From assembly GCA_964400735.1 (NCBI GenBank), contig CAYNVQ010000004.1:315042-379041 (forward strand): 64,000 nucleotides of DNA. Direction: 5' to 3'. The position numbers were made by a program, and so were the translations under genes. Below, piece after piece: positions 1 through 10,032 of the stretch. The stretch comes from an uncultured Eubacteriales bacterium (GTDB lineage Bacteria > Acidobacteriota > Aminicenantia > Aminicenantales > Aminicenantaceae). Position 1 is the stretch's first letter; every line of letters starts with the position of its first letter. The notes below the pieces were generated by a model. The model was not told where the DNA came from. It ran no database searches and saw nothing but the letters and a program-made list of their open reading frames with translations.

Positions 1-1
1 T

Positions 2-1330
2 TCGCCCTATCACAGCTTTTCTGCTTTTGCCTTCAATACCCTCCTCATCAGTCCGGATTCCATGGTCGAGGAGGGATGGCTCGACCGAAAGGAAGCGGAG
101 CCGCTCGGCGGTTTTTCTCCGGGAAGGATCGATTTCGACCGGGTCGTGCTTTACAAGAGGGAAATCTTCGATTTGGCCTTCGGACGATTTGAAAAAGCGG
201 AGGAAACTTCAGATTATCGGAAGTTTTGTGAAGAAAACGCTTCTTGGCTGGAAGACTATGCGTTGTTTATGGCCTTGAAATCCCGCTTCGATGGAAAGGC
301 TTGGAATGAATGGCCAAATGAGGCAGGGGATAGACATGTGGATGCTCTGAACACCCTGAAATCCGAACTTCGGAAGGAAATACAGAGGGCCAAATTCCTC
401 CAGTTTTTGTTTTTCAAACAGTGGTTCAGGCTTAAAGATTACTGTCACCGGAAGGGGATTGCGATCTTTGGAGATATCCCCATCTACGTGGTCCATGACA
501 GCAGCGATGTCTGGACTCATCCGGAAATATTCAAACTCGATGCGAACAAAAGGCCCTTGGTCGTTGCTGGGGTTCCTCCGGACTATTTCAGCCGTACCGG
601 ACAGCTTTGGGGCAATCCGATTTACCGTTGGGATGTTTTAACGCAGACCAGATACGGATGGTGGATCAAAAGGATGGAACACAACCTGAAATTGTTCGAT
701 CTGGTGAGGATCGACCACTTCCGTGGATTCGTGGGTTACTGGGAAGTTCCGGCTGAGGAGGAGACGGCTATCAAAGGCAAATGGGTGGGCGTGCCGGCCA
801 TGGATTTTTTCGACGAACTTACCCGGAAATTCCCCTTCTTGCCCATTGTCGCTGAAGATTTGGGGACGATCACACCTGATGTAATGGAGGTCATGGATCA
901 TTTCGGATTTCCAGGGATGAAAGTTTTGCTGTTCGCTTTCGGGGAAGGTGATCCCGACCACCCTTATTTGCCCCATACTTACGAAAAAAATTGTCTGGTC
1001 TACACAGGAACTCACGATAACAATACCGTGAAGGGATGGTTTGTGAATGAGGCCAAACCCGAAGAGAAAAAAAGGTTGTTTGACTATCTGGGGCGGTGCG
1101 TTACAGAAGAAAAAGCCTCCTGGGAGTTTATCAGGATGGGAGCGATGTCGGCCGCCGATGTTTCCATAGTTCCCTTACAGGATGCTTTAAACCTGGGAGA
1201 GGAAGCGAGGATGAACCGTCCCGGTTCAGAAAAAGGCAATTGGCGATGGCGGTTCTTTTCCAGGCAACTGACCCCGGTATTGTCAGAGAAGCTGGCCGAA
1301 ATAACAGAGCATTCCGGCCGGGCTGGATAG
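2..1330 (+). CDS. malQ: 4-alpha-glucanotransferase (amylomaltase, GH77), 5' end truncated by the window edge
   Basis: The frame stays open from position 2 with no stop before the ATG at 62. The upstream codons read SPYHSFSAFAFNTLLIS. Other GH77 signatures are FGDIPIYV, PPDYFSRTGQLWGNPIYRWD, RIDHFRGF and VYTGTHDN. Confidence 0.9.
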   Translation, partial: SPYHSFSAFAFNTLLISPDSMVEEGWLDRKEAEPLGGFSPGRIDFDRVVLYKREIFDLAFGRFEKAEETSDYRKFCEENASWLEDYALFMALKSRFDGKAWNEWPNEAGDRHVDALNTLKSELRKEIQRAKFLQFLFFKQWFRLKDYCHRKGIAIFGDIPIYVVHDSSDVWTHPEIFKLDANKRPLVVAGVPPDYFSRTGQLWGNPIYRWDVLTQTRYGWWIKRMEHNLKLFDLVRIDHFRGFVGYWEVPAEEETAIKGKWVGVPAMDFFDELTRKFPFLPIVAEDLGTITPDVMEVMDHFGFPGMKVLLFAFGEGDPDHPYLPHTYEKNCLVYTGTHDNNTVKGWFVNEAKPEEKKRLFDYLGRCVTEEKASWEFIRMGAMSAADVSIVPLQDALNLGEEARMNRPGSEKGNWRWRFFSRQLTPVLSEKLAEITEHSGRAG

Positions 1331-1336
1331 CCTCGA

Positions 1337-2362
1337 TTATTCGGTTTCCCTGAGGAACTTAGCTGCCTCTTCCGGCACGCTCGGATTGATGTAAAACCCA
1401 CTTCCCCACTCAAACCCGGCGATCCTGACGACCCTGGGGATGATATCGATGTGCCAGTGATAGTCGTATTTGAGAGTCGTCCACTGCTCGGGCCGATTTG
1501 GTTTCGCTCCGGTATTGGGTGAGGTGTTCAAGACAAAATTGAATGGGGGGTCATTCAGGACTTTTTTGATTCTCGAGAGGATGTCTTTTAAAAAATGGGC
1601 AAACCTTTCCAGGTCGTCATCGCTGATATCTGCATAGCTATGATTGTGTTGAACCGGGGCGATGAAGACTTCAAACGGGAAACGGGAAGCATAAGGGGCG
1701 ATGGCCACAAATCCATCTGCCTGCTTGATGATTCTTGAAGCGGTGCTGATTTCCTGTTGTATCAGGTCACAAATCAAACATCTTTCTTTGTTTTCATAGT
1801 GTCTTTTGGCCGCATCGAGCTTGATGAAGACATTGCGGGGGACTATCGGAGTGGCGATCAACTGGGAATGGGCATGGGCCAGAGAAGCGCCGGCCCTCTG
1901 CCCATGATTCTTGAAGACCAGGGCATACCGGAACCGGGGATCCTTGTAAAGATCCTTCAGCCTTTCCCGGTAAGCGAGGCAAACCCATTTTACATGGACA
2001 GGAGGGAGGTCGGCCAGGCTTTTATCATGCTCCGGAGTTTCGATGATGACCTCATGAGCTCCGGCTCCTTCTATCATGTCGTAGTAGCCGACTCCGATAC
2101 GCTTTCCTTCCGACTCGATCTTCAGGGCCGGATATTTATTGGAAACGACCCTGACTTTCCATCCGGGGGAATTGGGGGTGGTTTCGGGGTCTCTGTAAGC
2201 CCAGATTTCAGGAGGGGTGGAAGCCTCGTGCCCTTCACAGAAGGGGCATACCTTTACATGATTGTATTTGGTTTTATCGGCCAGGTCCGATGGTCTGGCC
2301 GCCCGTTCCGTGGAGATTATCACCCATCGGTGTTCTAGAGGATCGTACCGCAGTTCTGGCAT
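1337..2362 (-). CDS. galT: GalT-like HIT-superfamily nucleotidyltransferase (galactose-1-phosphate uridylyltransferase or ADP-glucose phosphorylase type)
   Basis: The N-terminus reads LRYDPLxxRWVIISTERAxRP. A CPFCEGHE zinc motif and a KNHGxxAGASLAHAHSQL (HxHxQ) active-site motif are present. Confidence 0.8.
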   Translation of the reverse strand: MPELRYDPLEHRWVIISTERAARPSDLADKTKYNHVKVCPFCEGHEASTPPEIWAYRDPETTPNSPGWKVRVVSNKYPALKIESEGKRIGVGYYDMIEGAGAHEVIIETPEHDKSLADLPPVHVKWVCLAYRERLKDLYKDPRFRYALVFKNHGQRAGASLAHAHSQLIATPIVPRNVFIKLDAAKRHYENKERCLICDLIQQEISTASRIIKQADGFVAIAPYASRFPFEVFIAPVQHNHSYADISDDDLERFAHFLKDILSRIKKVLNDPPFNFVLNTSPNTGAKPNRPEQWTTLKYDYHWHIDIIPRVVRIAGFEWGSGFYINPSVPEEAAKFLRETE

Positions 2363-2380
2363 ACGTCTCTCCTTTCATAA

Positions 2381-3658
2381 TCAGATAATGGTCCCGTCTT
2401 GGATAACAGCGTTTTTGGGGACGACGATGATTCCGTCTCTGACTATGTAATTATCGTGTGTTTCCTCGTCGACTCCTTTTGCATTTATGAGTTTGACGTT
2501 ATTTCCTATGCGGGCATTTTTATCGATGATGGTATTGCGGATCTCACAATTATTGCCTATCCCTATCCGGGGAATATTTTTTTTTGTGTTGGTCTCGATC
2601 GCTTCCTTTGATTCAAAAAAATCGGCTCCCATTAGGACCGTGCGTTCGATGAGAGAATGATCGCCGATGCGGGAACGGATCCCGATAATGGAATGGATAA
2701 TTTGTGAGCGATCGATAATGCTGCCCTCACAGAGAATGGAATGGTGGATTCTGGAATCGAGGATCTTAGAACCTGGAAGGAAACGGGCATGACTGAAAAC
2801 AGGCCTTTCTTCATCATAGAAATTGAAATTGGGAAGAGGCTGGGTGAGATTCATGTGGACATCGAAGAAACTCCTGATGGTCCCTATGTCTTCCCAATAT
2901 CCGTCGAAGAAGTAGCCGTAAACCTTCTTGAGTTTTATGGAAGAAGGGATGACTTCTCTCCCAAAGTCTTCAAAATCTGAATTCTCTAGAAGTTCTTTGA
3001 GGACTTCCCAGTTGAATAGATATACGCCCATCGAAGCCAGGTGCGTCCTGCCGGCAGCATCCATATTAAATTGATGGAACACATCCTCCGGGACCTTCAT
3101 GTCGTTTATTTGACCGGGATCTTTTGGCTTTTCGAGAAAAGCGGCGATCCGGCTTTCCTCATCGACTTTCATCACCCCGAACTCAGATGCCTGGCTGGCG
3201 AGGACTGGATTGACGGCGATGCTGATATCGGCTTTCTTTTCGAGATGGAAATCGATGAATTTTTTATAATCCATTCGGTAGAGATGGTCACCCGAGAGGA
3301 CCAGAAGAAGGTCCCCCTCGGTCCGGAAAAAACGCATATTTTGGCGGACAGCATCGGCCGTGCCCTGGTACCAATCAGGGCTTTCCAGGGTTTGCTGGGC
3401 CGAAAGAATGGTGACGAAGTCCTTGGAGAAATTGTCGAAAAGATAGGTGAGGAAAATATGGCGATGGAGAGATTCGCTGCTGTATTGAGTGAGGATGAAT
3501 ATTTTCCTCAAACCGGAATGGATGCAGTTGCTGATGGGAATATCGATGAGCCGAAATCGTCCGGCGATGGGCACAGCGGGCTTGCTGCGCTTTTGGGTTA
3601 GGGGGTAGAGCCGCTTCCCCTGACCGCCGGCCAGGATGATGGTGACCACGTTAGCCAT
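2381..3658 (-). CDS. glgC: glucose-1-phosphate adenylyltransferase
   Basis: ILAGGQGKRLYPLTQKRSKPAVPIAGRFRLIDIPISNCIHSG is the classic GlgC N-terminus. A C-terminal left-handed beta-helix type repeat region follows. Confidence 0.9.
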   Translation of the reverse strand: MANVVTIILAGGQGKRLYPLTQKRSKPAVPIAGRFRLIDIPISNCIHSGLRKIFILTQYSSESLHRHIFLTYLFDNFSKDFVTILSAQQTLESPDWYQGTADAVRQNMRFFRTEGDLLLVLSGDHLYRMDYKKFIDFHLEKKADISIAVNPVLASQASEFGVMKVDEESRIAAFLEKPKDPGQINDMKVPEDVFHQFNMDAAGRTHLASMGVYLFNWEVLKELLENSDFEDFGREVIPSSIKLKKVYGYFFDGYWEDIGTIRSFFDVHMNLTQPLPNFNFYDEERPVFSHARFLPGSKILDSRIHHSILCEGSIIDRSQIIHSIIGIRSRIGDHSLIERTVLMGADFFESKEAIETNTKKNIPRIGIGNNCEIRNTIIDKNARIGNNVKLINAKGVDEETHDNYIVRDGIIVVPKNAVIQDGTII

Positions 3659-3830
3659 GTCGTTAACTAAACCTTATTTTAGCAGAGAATTATACTCCAA
3701 AATGATGGAAAAATCAGTAAAAAGATTAAAGGAAAAGATTGAGACTGAGATGATAGCCTTAGGATTTGATTTAAGTATAGAAATGCCTTAATAATGGAAG
3801 GGAGATAACGGAATGTAAAAGGAGTTCGAA

Positions 3831-4850
3831 ATGCCTCTCCGTCTGATCGAGATTGTGCTTCCTAAGGAATACATGGATGAGACAGAGGCTCTCATCAGAG
3901 ATCAGAATCCCGAGGACTTCTGGCAGGAGGAGATCACTGTAGACCAGCAGGTGATGAAGGTCCTCGTCCCGACAGAAAATTCTGAGCAGATGATGGATGC
4001 ACTGGAGAAGAAGTTTAGCCATGTCAAGGGATTTCGAATGGTTCTTTTAGCCGTCCAAGCTTCAGTACCTAGACCGGAGAAAAAAGAAAAAGCTCCAAAA
4101 AAACCAGCTGAAGCAGCCGTCGAAGAAGGTCCGGATAAGAAAAGAAAAAGAATCTCCAGGGAAGAACTGTATTCCGATGTTATAAAAATGACCGAACTTT
4201 CTTGGATTTATGTCGTTCTCATAATCCTAGCCTCGGTGGTGGCCGCTGTCGGAATATTGCGCAATAACGTGGTTTTTATTATCGGCGCCATGGTCATTGC
4301 CCCGGTGTTGGGGCCCAATGTGGCCCTTTCCCTGGCGGCCACTCTGGGTGATGTCCAGCTGTCTCGGCGGGCGCTGTGGGCCATCGCCACCGGTATCTTT
4401 GTCGCCCTCATGTTTTCTGCGCTTGTGGGAGTTGTGTTTGATGTCAATACCCAGATTCCTGAGTTGTTATCAAGAACAGAAGTTAATTTCGGCGATGTCG
4501 CCCTTGCCCTAGCTGCTGGAGGCGCCGCCGTCATTTCTCTCTCGTCTGGGTTGGTTTCTGCCCTCATCGGCGTGATGGTGGCTGTTGCGCTTCTCCCCCC
4601 CCTCGTCACTTTAGGCATGTTGGCGGGTTCAGGGCACTGGGATCTGGCCCTGGGCTCTTTGCTCCTTTTCCTCGTGAATTTCATCTGTGTCAACTTGGCG
4701 GGCGTCGTGACTTTTTTGTTTCAAGGTATCCGTCCCTTGACTTGGTGGGAGGCGCATCGCGCTAAAGTGGCTACTCGCAACGCTATCGTGATATGGACTG
4801 TTCTTCTCTTCCTGTTGGTCCTCCTCATTTATCTATCCCAGCGGGGTTAA
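3831..4850 (+). CDS. DUF389/TIGR00341-like membrane protein (soluble N-terminal domain, Lys/Glu-rich linker, multi-TM C-terminus)
   Basis: A good RBS (AAAGGAG) precedes the start. The hydrophobic C-terminal half has GAMVIAPVLGP and ALLPPLV motifs typical of the DUF389 hydrophobic domain. Confidence 0.6.
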   Translation: MPLRLIEIVLPKEYMDETEALIRDQNPEDFWQEEITVDQQVMKVLVPTENSEQMMDALEKKFSHVKGFRMVLLAVQASVPRPEKKEKAPKKPAEAAVEEGPDKKRKRISREELYSDVIKMTELSWIYVVLIILASVVAAVGILRNNVVFIIGAMVIAPVLGPNVALSLAATLGDVQLSRRALWAIATGIFVALMFSALVGVVFDVNTQIPELLSRTEVNFGDVALALAAGGAAVISLSSGLVSALIGVMVAVALLPPLVTLGMLAGSGHWDLALGSLLLFLVNFICVNLAGVVTFLFQGIRPLTWWEAHRAKVATRNAIVIWTVLLFLLVLLIYLSQRG

Positions 4851-5169
4851 GGCCCGCCCTTCCTAGCGGCGTAAAGAAAAAAATATTATTTCGTTTTATG
4901 TAGGCATTGGTTCCAATATATTAATAAGTGCCGTGTATGTATTCTGATGTCCTCGAATTTGCAACCGCCATCCCTGAACTCAATCAGAACCGAATCAGAC
5001 CGTTGACCTATCCATTTTTACTGTGATACTCTTGTTTCAACGTTTTTTGATGTTTGATACCACAGATATGACGAAGGATTTGGGGTAAACCCAGGAGACA
5101 AAATCCTTTGTTATTTAATATTGGAATTTAGAAGAAATCACTATCTAAATAATAAAGGAGGTATTCTCG

Positions 5170-6057
5170 ATGGATTTATCGACTTTACTTGCAGCCACTA
5201 GAGATTGGGCTCTCTCCACAGGCATCAAGATTTTCTTGATTGCGGCCTTTACTTTAATATTGATCAAAGTGATAAAAGTGGTCTCCAAACGATTGTCATC
5301 CGTGTTTGTAAAGAAAATAGAGGATGAAGAAGCAGAGAAAAGAGTGATGACGCTAACCTCCGTTATCCAGAATTTTTTAATCATCCTGGTTATTGTTGTG
5401 GCCGTGATGACTATCATAGGGCAATTGGGAATCGAAATAGCCCCCTTGCTTGCCACAGCGGGTATCGCGGGTGTCGCTATCGGCTTCGCCGCCCAGAACC
5501 TGATTAAAGATGTCATTAATGGATTTTTTCTTTTGTTGTGGGATCAGATCAGGGTTGGTGATGTTGTCCAGATTTCGGGCAAAGGGGGTCTGGTCGAGAT
5601 GATAAACCTTAAGATGACCGTTCTTCGTGACCTGGCTGGTAATGTGCATTACATCCCGAATGGGAATATCGATGTTGTCACCAATATGACCAAAGATTAT
5701 TCTCGTTATGTCTTCGATATAGGTGTGGCTTATCGTGAAGATGTGGACGAAGTGACAGACATCATAAGGGAGATTGATAATGAGTTGAGACAGGATCCTG
5801 ATTTCAAAGAGGACATCCTGGAACCTATAGAAATCTTTGGATTGGACCAGTTCGCTGACTCGGCCATCATCATAAAAGCCCGCACGACCACAAGACCGAT
5901 CAAACAATGGCGGATAGCCAGAGAATTCAACAGGAGACTGAAAAAGAAGTTCGACGAAAGAGATATCGAAATACCCTTCCCCCACGCAACAATTTACATG
6001 GGGCAAGATAAAGAGGGCAAATCGGTTCCCTTGAGGGTGTTTATGGAGGGAAGTTGA
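5170..6057 (+). CDS. small-conductance mechanosensitive channel (MscS family)
   Basis: The RBS is AAAGGAGG. TM helices are followed by IRVGDVVQISGKGGLVEMINLKMTVLRDLAGNVHYIPNG, the MscS beta-domain signature. Confidence 0.85.
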   Translation: MDLSTLLAATRDWALSTGIKIFLIAAFTLILIKVIKVVSKRLSSVFVKKIEDEEAEKRVMTLTSVIQNFLIILVIVVAVMTIIGQLGIEIAPLLATAGIAGVAIGFAAQNLIKDVINGFFLLLWDQIRVGDVVQISGKGGLVEMINLKMTVLRDLAGNVHYIPNGNIDVVTNMTKDYSRYVFDIGVAYREDVDEVTDIIREIDNELRQDPDFKEDILEPIEIFGLDQFADSAIIIKARTTTRPIKQWRIAREFNRRLKKKFDERDIEIPFPHATIYMGQDKEGKSVPLRVFMEGS

Positions 6058-6090
6058 TTCAAGATTTTAAAAGTAAAGGAATTGGAGATT

Positions 6091-6099
6091 TGATATAAT
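6091..6099 (+). promoter_or_regulatory. extended -10 promoter element TGATATAAT upstream of corA
   Basis: It matches TGnTATAAT perfectly, about 60 nt upstream of the corA ATG. A 6-bp hairpin (AGCACAaatTGTGCT, 6129-6143) lies in the putative leader. Confidence 0.4.
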
Positions 6100-6159
6100 G
6101 CCGATTGTTATTTTATGGGTTTTAAATAAGCACAAATTGTGCTGATTCAGGAGGCGCCG

Positions 6160-7227
6160 ATGATTCGAAAAATAATAAGGAGATCATCAAATAAAAGGGG
6201 ACTTCCTCCAGGAACTCCTGTTTTTATAGGAGACAAAAAGGTCGAAAAAGCTAGAATTTCTTTCATCGATTATAATGAAGCCAGGTTCGAAGAAGAAGAA
6301 GTCGAGGAGATAGAGAAATGTTTTCCCTTCAAGGATACGTCCTCCGTTACGTGGATAAACATAGATGGTCTCCATCAAGTGGACATCATCGAAAAATTGG
6401 GGAAGCATTTTGACCTGCACCCTCTCGTATTGGAGGATATCGTGAATACCCATCAGCGCCCGAAAGTAGAGGAGTTCGAGAACTATCTGTTTATCGTTTT
6501 GAAAATGCTCTATTATGATGACGAGTCGAATGAAACTCAGATCGAGCAGGTGAGCTTGATTCTCGGGAAAAGTTTTGTCATATCGTTTCAGGAGAGGCAA
6601 GGAGATATTTTCAATCCCGTCAGAGAAAGGATCCGAAACGGAAAAGGCCGGCTTAGAAAGCTGGGCCCCGATTATCTGGCTTATGCTCTGATGGACGCAG
6701 TGGTCGATAATTATTTCATCATCCTGGAAAAAAATGGGGAGAAAATAGAGGAGTTGGAAGACAAGGTTGTATTGGATCCAAAGCCAGAAGTGCTGCAGGT
6801 GATCCACAAACTGAAGAGGGAGATGATTTTCCTTCGGCGTTCGGTATGGCCGCTGAGAGAGCTGGTGAATACAGTGGAACGGGGAGAATCTCAGCTGGTG
6901 AATAAATCGACCCGCATCTATCTCAGAGATGTGTATGACCACACGATTCAGGTGATCGATACGGTCGAAACCTATAGGGATATGCTTTCCGGAATGCATG
7001 ATACCTATCTCTCCAGTGTAAGCAACCGGATGAACGAGGTGATGAAGGTCTTGACCATAATCGCCACCATTTTCATCCCTTTGACTTTTATCGCCGGCAT
7101 CTATGGAATGAATTTCGAGTTCATGCCCGAGCTCAAATGGCATTGGGCCTACTTTGGTGTCTGGGCTGTGATGGCTTTAGTCGCTATCTCGATGGTGATA
7201 TATTTTAGGAAAAAAAAGTGGTTTTAA
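6160..7227 (+). CDS. corA: magnesium/cobalt transporter CorA
   Basis: A YGMNFEFMPEL (GMN) motif lies between two C-terminal TM helices. An AGGAGG RBS sits 5 nt before the ATG at 6160. The ORF-track start at 6139 is a GTG upstream of that RBS. Confidence 0.9.
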   Translation: MIRKIIRRSSNKRGLPPGTPVFIGDKKVEKARISFIDYNEARFEEEEVEEIEKCFPFKDTSSVTWINIDGLHQVDIIEKLGKHFDLHPLVLEDIVNTHQRPKVEEFENYLFIVLKMLYYDDESNETQIEQVSLILGKSFVISFQERQGDIFNPVRERIRNGKGRLRKLGPDYLAYALMDAVVDNYFIILEKNGEKIEELEDKVVLDPKPEVLQVIHKLKREMIFLRRSVWPLRELVNTVERGESQLVNKSTRIYLRDVYDHTIQVIDTVETYRDMLSGMHDTYLSSVSNRMNEVMKVLTIIATIFIPLTFIAGIYGMNFEFMPELKWHWAYFGVWAVMALVAISMVIYFRKKKWF

Positions 7228-7309
7228 CAGAGCCAATCATGAACAGAGGGCTAGAATAAAGTGCCTCTTCTCCATCTTGGAAATAAAAATAGAATAACGG
7301 AGCGAGAAA

Positions 7310-7504
7310 ATGAAAACAAAGACAATTGTGATTTTGGTTTTAATCATCTTGGCCGTGGTGCTCGTCATCCAAAATTCGGCCATGGTCGAACTCCAGATTT
7401 ATTTCTGGAAGATAATCATGTCGAGGATTATCTTCATGGTTGGGCTTTTAGCCTTGGGATTCGCTTTGGGTTTTTTGGTGGCCAAAATGAGGACAAGATC
7501 ATAA
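7310..7504 (+). CDS. small two-TM membrane protein, LapA-domain (DUF1049)-like
   Basis: This 64-aa ORF has two hydrophobic helices and a basic tail (KMRTRS). Its layout resembles the LapA/YciS N-terminal domain, and it sits just upstream of the mla-like operon. Confidence 0.5.
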   Translation: MKTKTIVILVLIILAVVLVIQNSAMVELQIYFWKIIMSRIIFMVGLLALGFALGFLVAKMRTRS

Positions 7505-7551
7505 TGTTTACCATTTAGGAGAGAAGTTAATAGAGATTTAGATGAAGAAAG

Positions 7552-8343
7552 ATGGAAGAAGGAAGAAGATTGGAGAGTATTGCCGATAGGTTTTTAGCTC
7601 TCATTGAGAATTTGAAAAAGTTTATTCTTCTGATAGCCGATGAAATTTTTTATACCTTCCAGTACCTGAGAAAACGGCAGGGAACTTATCCCGGAGAAGT
7701 CGGGAAACAGTTCTATTTCATGGCTTACAAGTCTTTCCCTATCGTTTGTTTGATTACTTTTCTCGTGGGCGTAACTATATCCCTTACATCAGCCGCTCAA
7801 CTCAAACTTTTCGGAGCTGATATCTATCTCTCATGGTTCGTCGGAATAGCCATGATAAGAGAACTTGTCCCCCTTATGACAGGAGTGATGCTTGCTGGAA
7901 AGATCGGTGCTTCTGTCACCGCGGAGATATCCACCATGATGGTTCTTGAGGAAATCGACGCGTTGAAAACCATGGGTGTGGTACCCGAAAAATACCTGAT
8001 GGTTCCACGGCTTATAGCTATCACCTTGGCCATCCCTCTGCTCGTGGCTATCGCTGATTTTGTCGGAATTTTCGGAGGCGTCCTGGTGGCGAGAGTGTTT
8101 TTGGGAATTCCGCCGGCCAGTTTTCTCAGAGAGATGTCGAACATCGTCCATTTCCAAGATTTCCTGATCGGGCTGGGAAAAACCATGGTTTTTGCCTGGG
8201 CCATCCTGATCAGCAGCGGTTATAAAGGTTTCTCTGTGGAGAGAAGCGCAGAGGAGGTCGGGAAGGCCACCACGGAATCAGTCGTGCTGTCCATTTCTAT
8301 GATCATACTTCTCGACTGTCTCTTTGCCTTTCTTCTTTATTGA
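7552..8343 (+). CDS. mlaE: MlaE-type ABC transporter permease
   Basis: It is a 263-aa multi-TM protein. MIRELVPLMTGVMLAGKIGASVTAEISTMMVLEEIDALKTMG is the conserved MlaE/Ttg2B core. Confidence 0.85.
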   Translation: MEEGRRLESIADRFLALIENLKKFILLIADEIFYTFQYLRKRQGTYPGEVGKQFYFMAYKSFPIVCLITFLVGVTISLTSAAQLKLFGADIYLSWFVGIAMIRELVPLMTGVMLAGKIGASVTAEISTMMVLEEIDALKTMGVVPEKYLMVPRLIAITLAIPLLVAIADFVGIFGGVLVARVFLGIPPASFLREMSNIVHFQDFLIGLGKTMVFAWAILISSGYKGFSVERSAEEVGKATTESVVLSISMIILLDCLFAFLLY

Positions 8344-9095
8344 ATGATATGGAAATCATAAAAGCGATCAATCTTGATGTCGGTTACGAAAACTCTCTCG
8401 TTCTGGAAAAATTGAATTTTTCCATCCCCAAAGAACAGATCACGGTCATGCTCGGTAAGAGCGGCTGCGGGAAGACCTCTCTCCTCAAGAGCTTGATCGG
8501 GCTGATCCCCCCCATAGAAGGAGAGATATATTTCAGAGGAGAAAGAATCGACTTTACCTCTGAGGAAAGCCTTCACTCCCTTTACAGACGGATTGGTGTG
8601 CTGTATCAGAATGGCGCCCTGCTTAATGGCCTTACGCTGTATGAGAATGTGGCCCTTCCCATCCGGATGAGGCATCAAGAAGTTCAGAGAGAGGATGAAG
8701 AAAAGATGGTTTACAAAAGGCTTTCGCAAGTAGGACTTCAAGAGAGTGCAGGAAAATATCCCTCAGAGCTCTCGGGAGGGATGAGAAAGAGAGGAGCGCT
8801 GGCCCGTGCGATGGTCCTGGATCCCGAGGTTATCTTCTGCGATGAGCCTTCATCCGGGCTTGATCCGATCACGGCCTCAGGATTAGATGACCTTTTAATG
8901 AACCTGAAAAGGACGCTGGGGATGACCGTGGTGGTGGTAACCCATGAGCTTCGGTCCATTCAGAAAATCGCTGACAGAGTGATTGTGCTCCATGAAGGGA
9001 AAATGCATTTTTCAGGAGAATATGCAGAGCTCATCGCCTCAAAGGACCCTTTTATCGAGGCTTTTTTTCTCAGAAAAGGGAGGGAAAATGACTAA
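8340..9095 (+). CDS. mlaF: MlaF-type ABC transporter ATP-binding protein
   Basis: Walker A is GKSGCGKTS, the signature is LSGGMRKRGALARA, and Walker B is IFCDEPSSGLD. Its start overlaps the mlaE stop. Confidence 0.9.
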   Translation: MNDMEIIKAINLDVGYENSLVLEKLNFSIPKEQITVMLGKSGCGKTSLLKSLIGLIPPIEGEIYFRGERIDFTSEESLHSLYRRIGVLYQNGALLNGLTLYENVALPIRMRHQEVQREDEEKMVYKRLSQVGLQESAGKYPSELSGGMRKRGALARAMVLDPEVIFCDEPSSGLDPITASGLDDLLMNLKRTLGMTVVVVTHELRSIQKIADRVIVLHEGKMHFSGEYAELIASKDPFIEAFFLRKGREND

Positions 9096-10032
9096 GCAAC
9101 AGAAAACAAGGCTGGGAATTTTTTTGATTGCGTCCTTTGCTGTTTTTATAGTGATCCTCGGTTTTTTTCTAATTCCCAAACTGCGAGAAAAAGGCAATGA
9201 CTTCTTCATCAATTTCAGAGGGACTACGGTGAATGGATTGTTTGTCGGCTCACCGGTGAAATATCAGGGAGTTGAAGTGGGTCGAGTTGAACGAATTATG
9301 GTCAATCCTAACAATATCAATTCGGTTCTTGTCACCATAAAAGTCGAGAAGAGGTTTTCTATGAAAAAAGATATGACGGCAGCATTGATGTATATGGGAA
9401 TCACCGGCCAAAGGTTTGTGGAGCTTTCGGGAGGAAGCAACGAATCTCAAAACCTGGAACCGCGTGGAGAAATCTCGACCCGCCGGGGCCTGGGGGAGAA
9501 GGCAGAAGATATTGTTTCGAACATCGATCGGGCGGTTCTGGGAATCAGCAACCTTCTCGATGTGGAAAACCAGGAAAGGATTTCTCTTTTTCTGGATAAT
9601 GTCGAAAAGAGCTCAGCGGTTTTATCCGATGTCCTCGAAAAGAGGAAGGAGAGCCTTGAGGAATCCATCGCCAATATCCAGAAAGCCTCGGAGGCCTTTT
9701 CAGCCGTCACCGAGAATCTCCGCAAAGTGACCGACAATTTAGGCACGATTACAGCAAATTTGGAAGCCAATTCAGGAGAGGCTTTTGATAATTTGAACAA
9801 GAGGTTCTCGGATGAAGAGATGGGAAAAGTCTTGAGGAATCTCGAAGTTTTTATCGAGACAGCCTCGACAAGTTTGGACAAGATCGAAACCATGTTCATC
9901 TACCAGCAGGAAGAATTGAGAAACACATTCGAAAGCTTAAGCCAGGCCATGGATAATCTCTCTAAGTTTTCAAGGGAGTTGACCGAGGATCCCACGCTTC
10001 TTATCCGGACGCGAAAGGAAAAAAAGAAATGA
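9088..10032 (+). CDS. mlaD: MlaD/MCE-domain substrate-binding protein with a long helical C-terminal region
   Basis: I place the start at ATG 9088 (MTKQQKTRLGIFLIASFAV TM anchor), preceded by GGGAGGG. The MCE domain reads GLFVGSPVKYQGVEVGRVERI, followed by a long repetitive helical tail. Confidence 0.8.
   Translation: MTKQQKTRLGIFLIASFAVFIVILGFFLIPKLREKGNDFFINFRGTTVNGLFVGSPVKYQGVEVGRVERIMVNPNNINSVLVTIKVEKRFSMKKDMTAALMYMGITGQRFVELSGGSNESQNLEPRGEISTRRGLGEKAEDIVSNIDRAVLGISNLLDVENQERISLFLDNVEKSSAVLSDVLEKRKESLEESIANIQKASEAFSAVTENLRKVTDNLGTITANLEANSGEAFDNLNKRFSDEEMGKVLRNLEVFIETASTSLDKIETMFIYQQEELRNTFESLSQAMDNLSKFSRELTEDPTLLIRTRKEKKK

Noticed and set aside
6058-6159. A possible Mg2+ (M-box) riboswitch upstream of corA.
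   Set aside because: The intergenic region is only about 100 nt and lacks the length and conserved helices of an M-box. Only a simple hairpin is visible.
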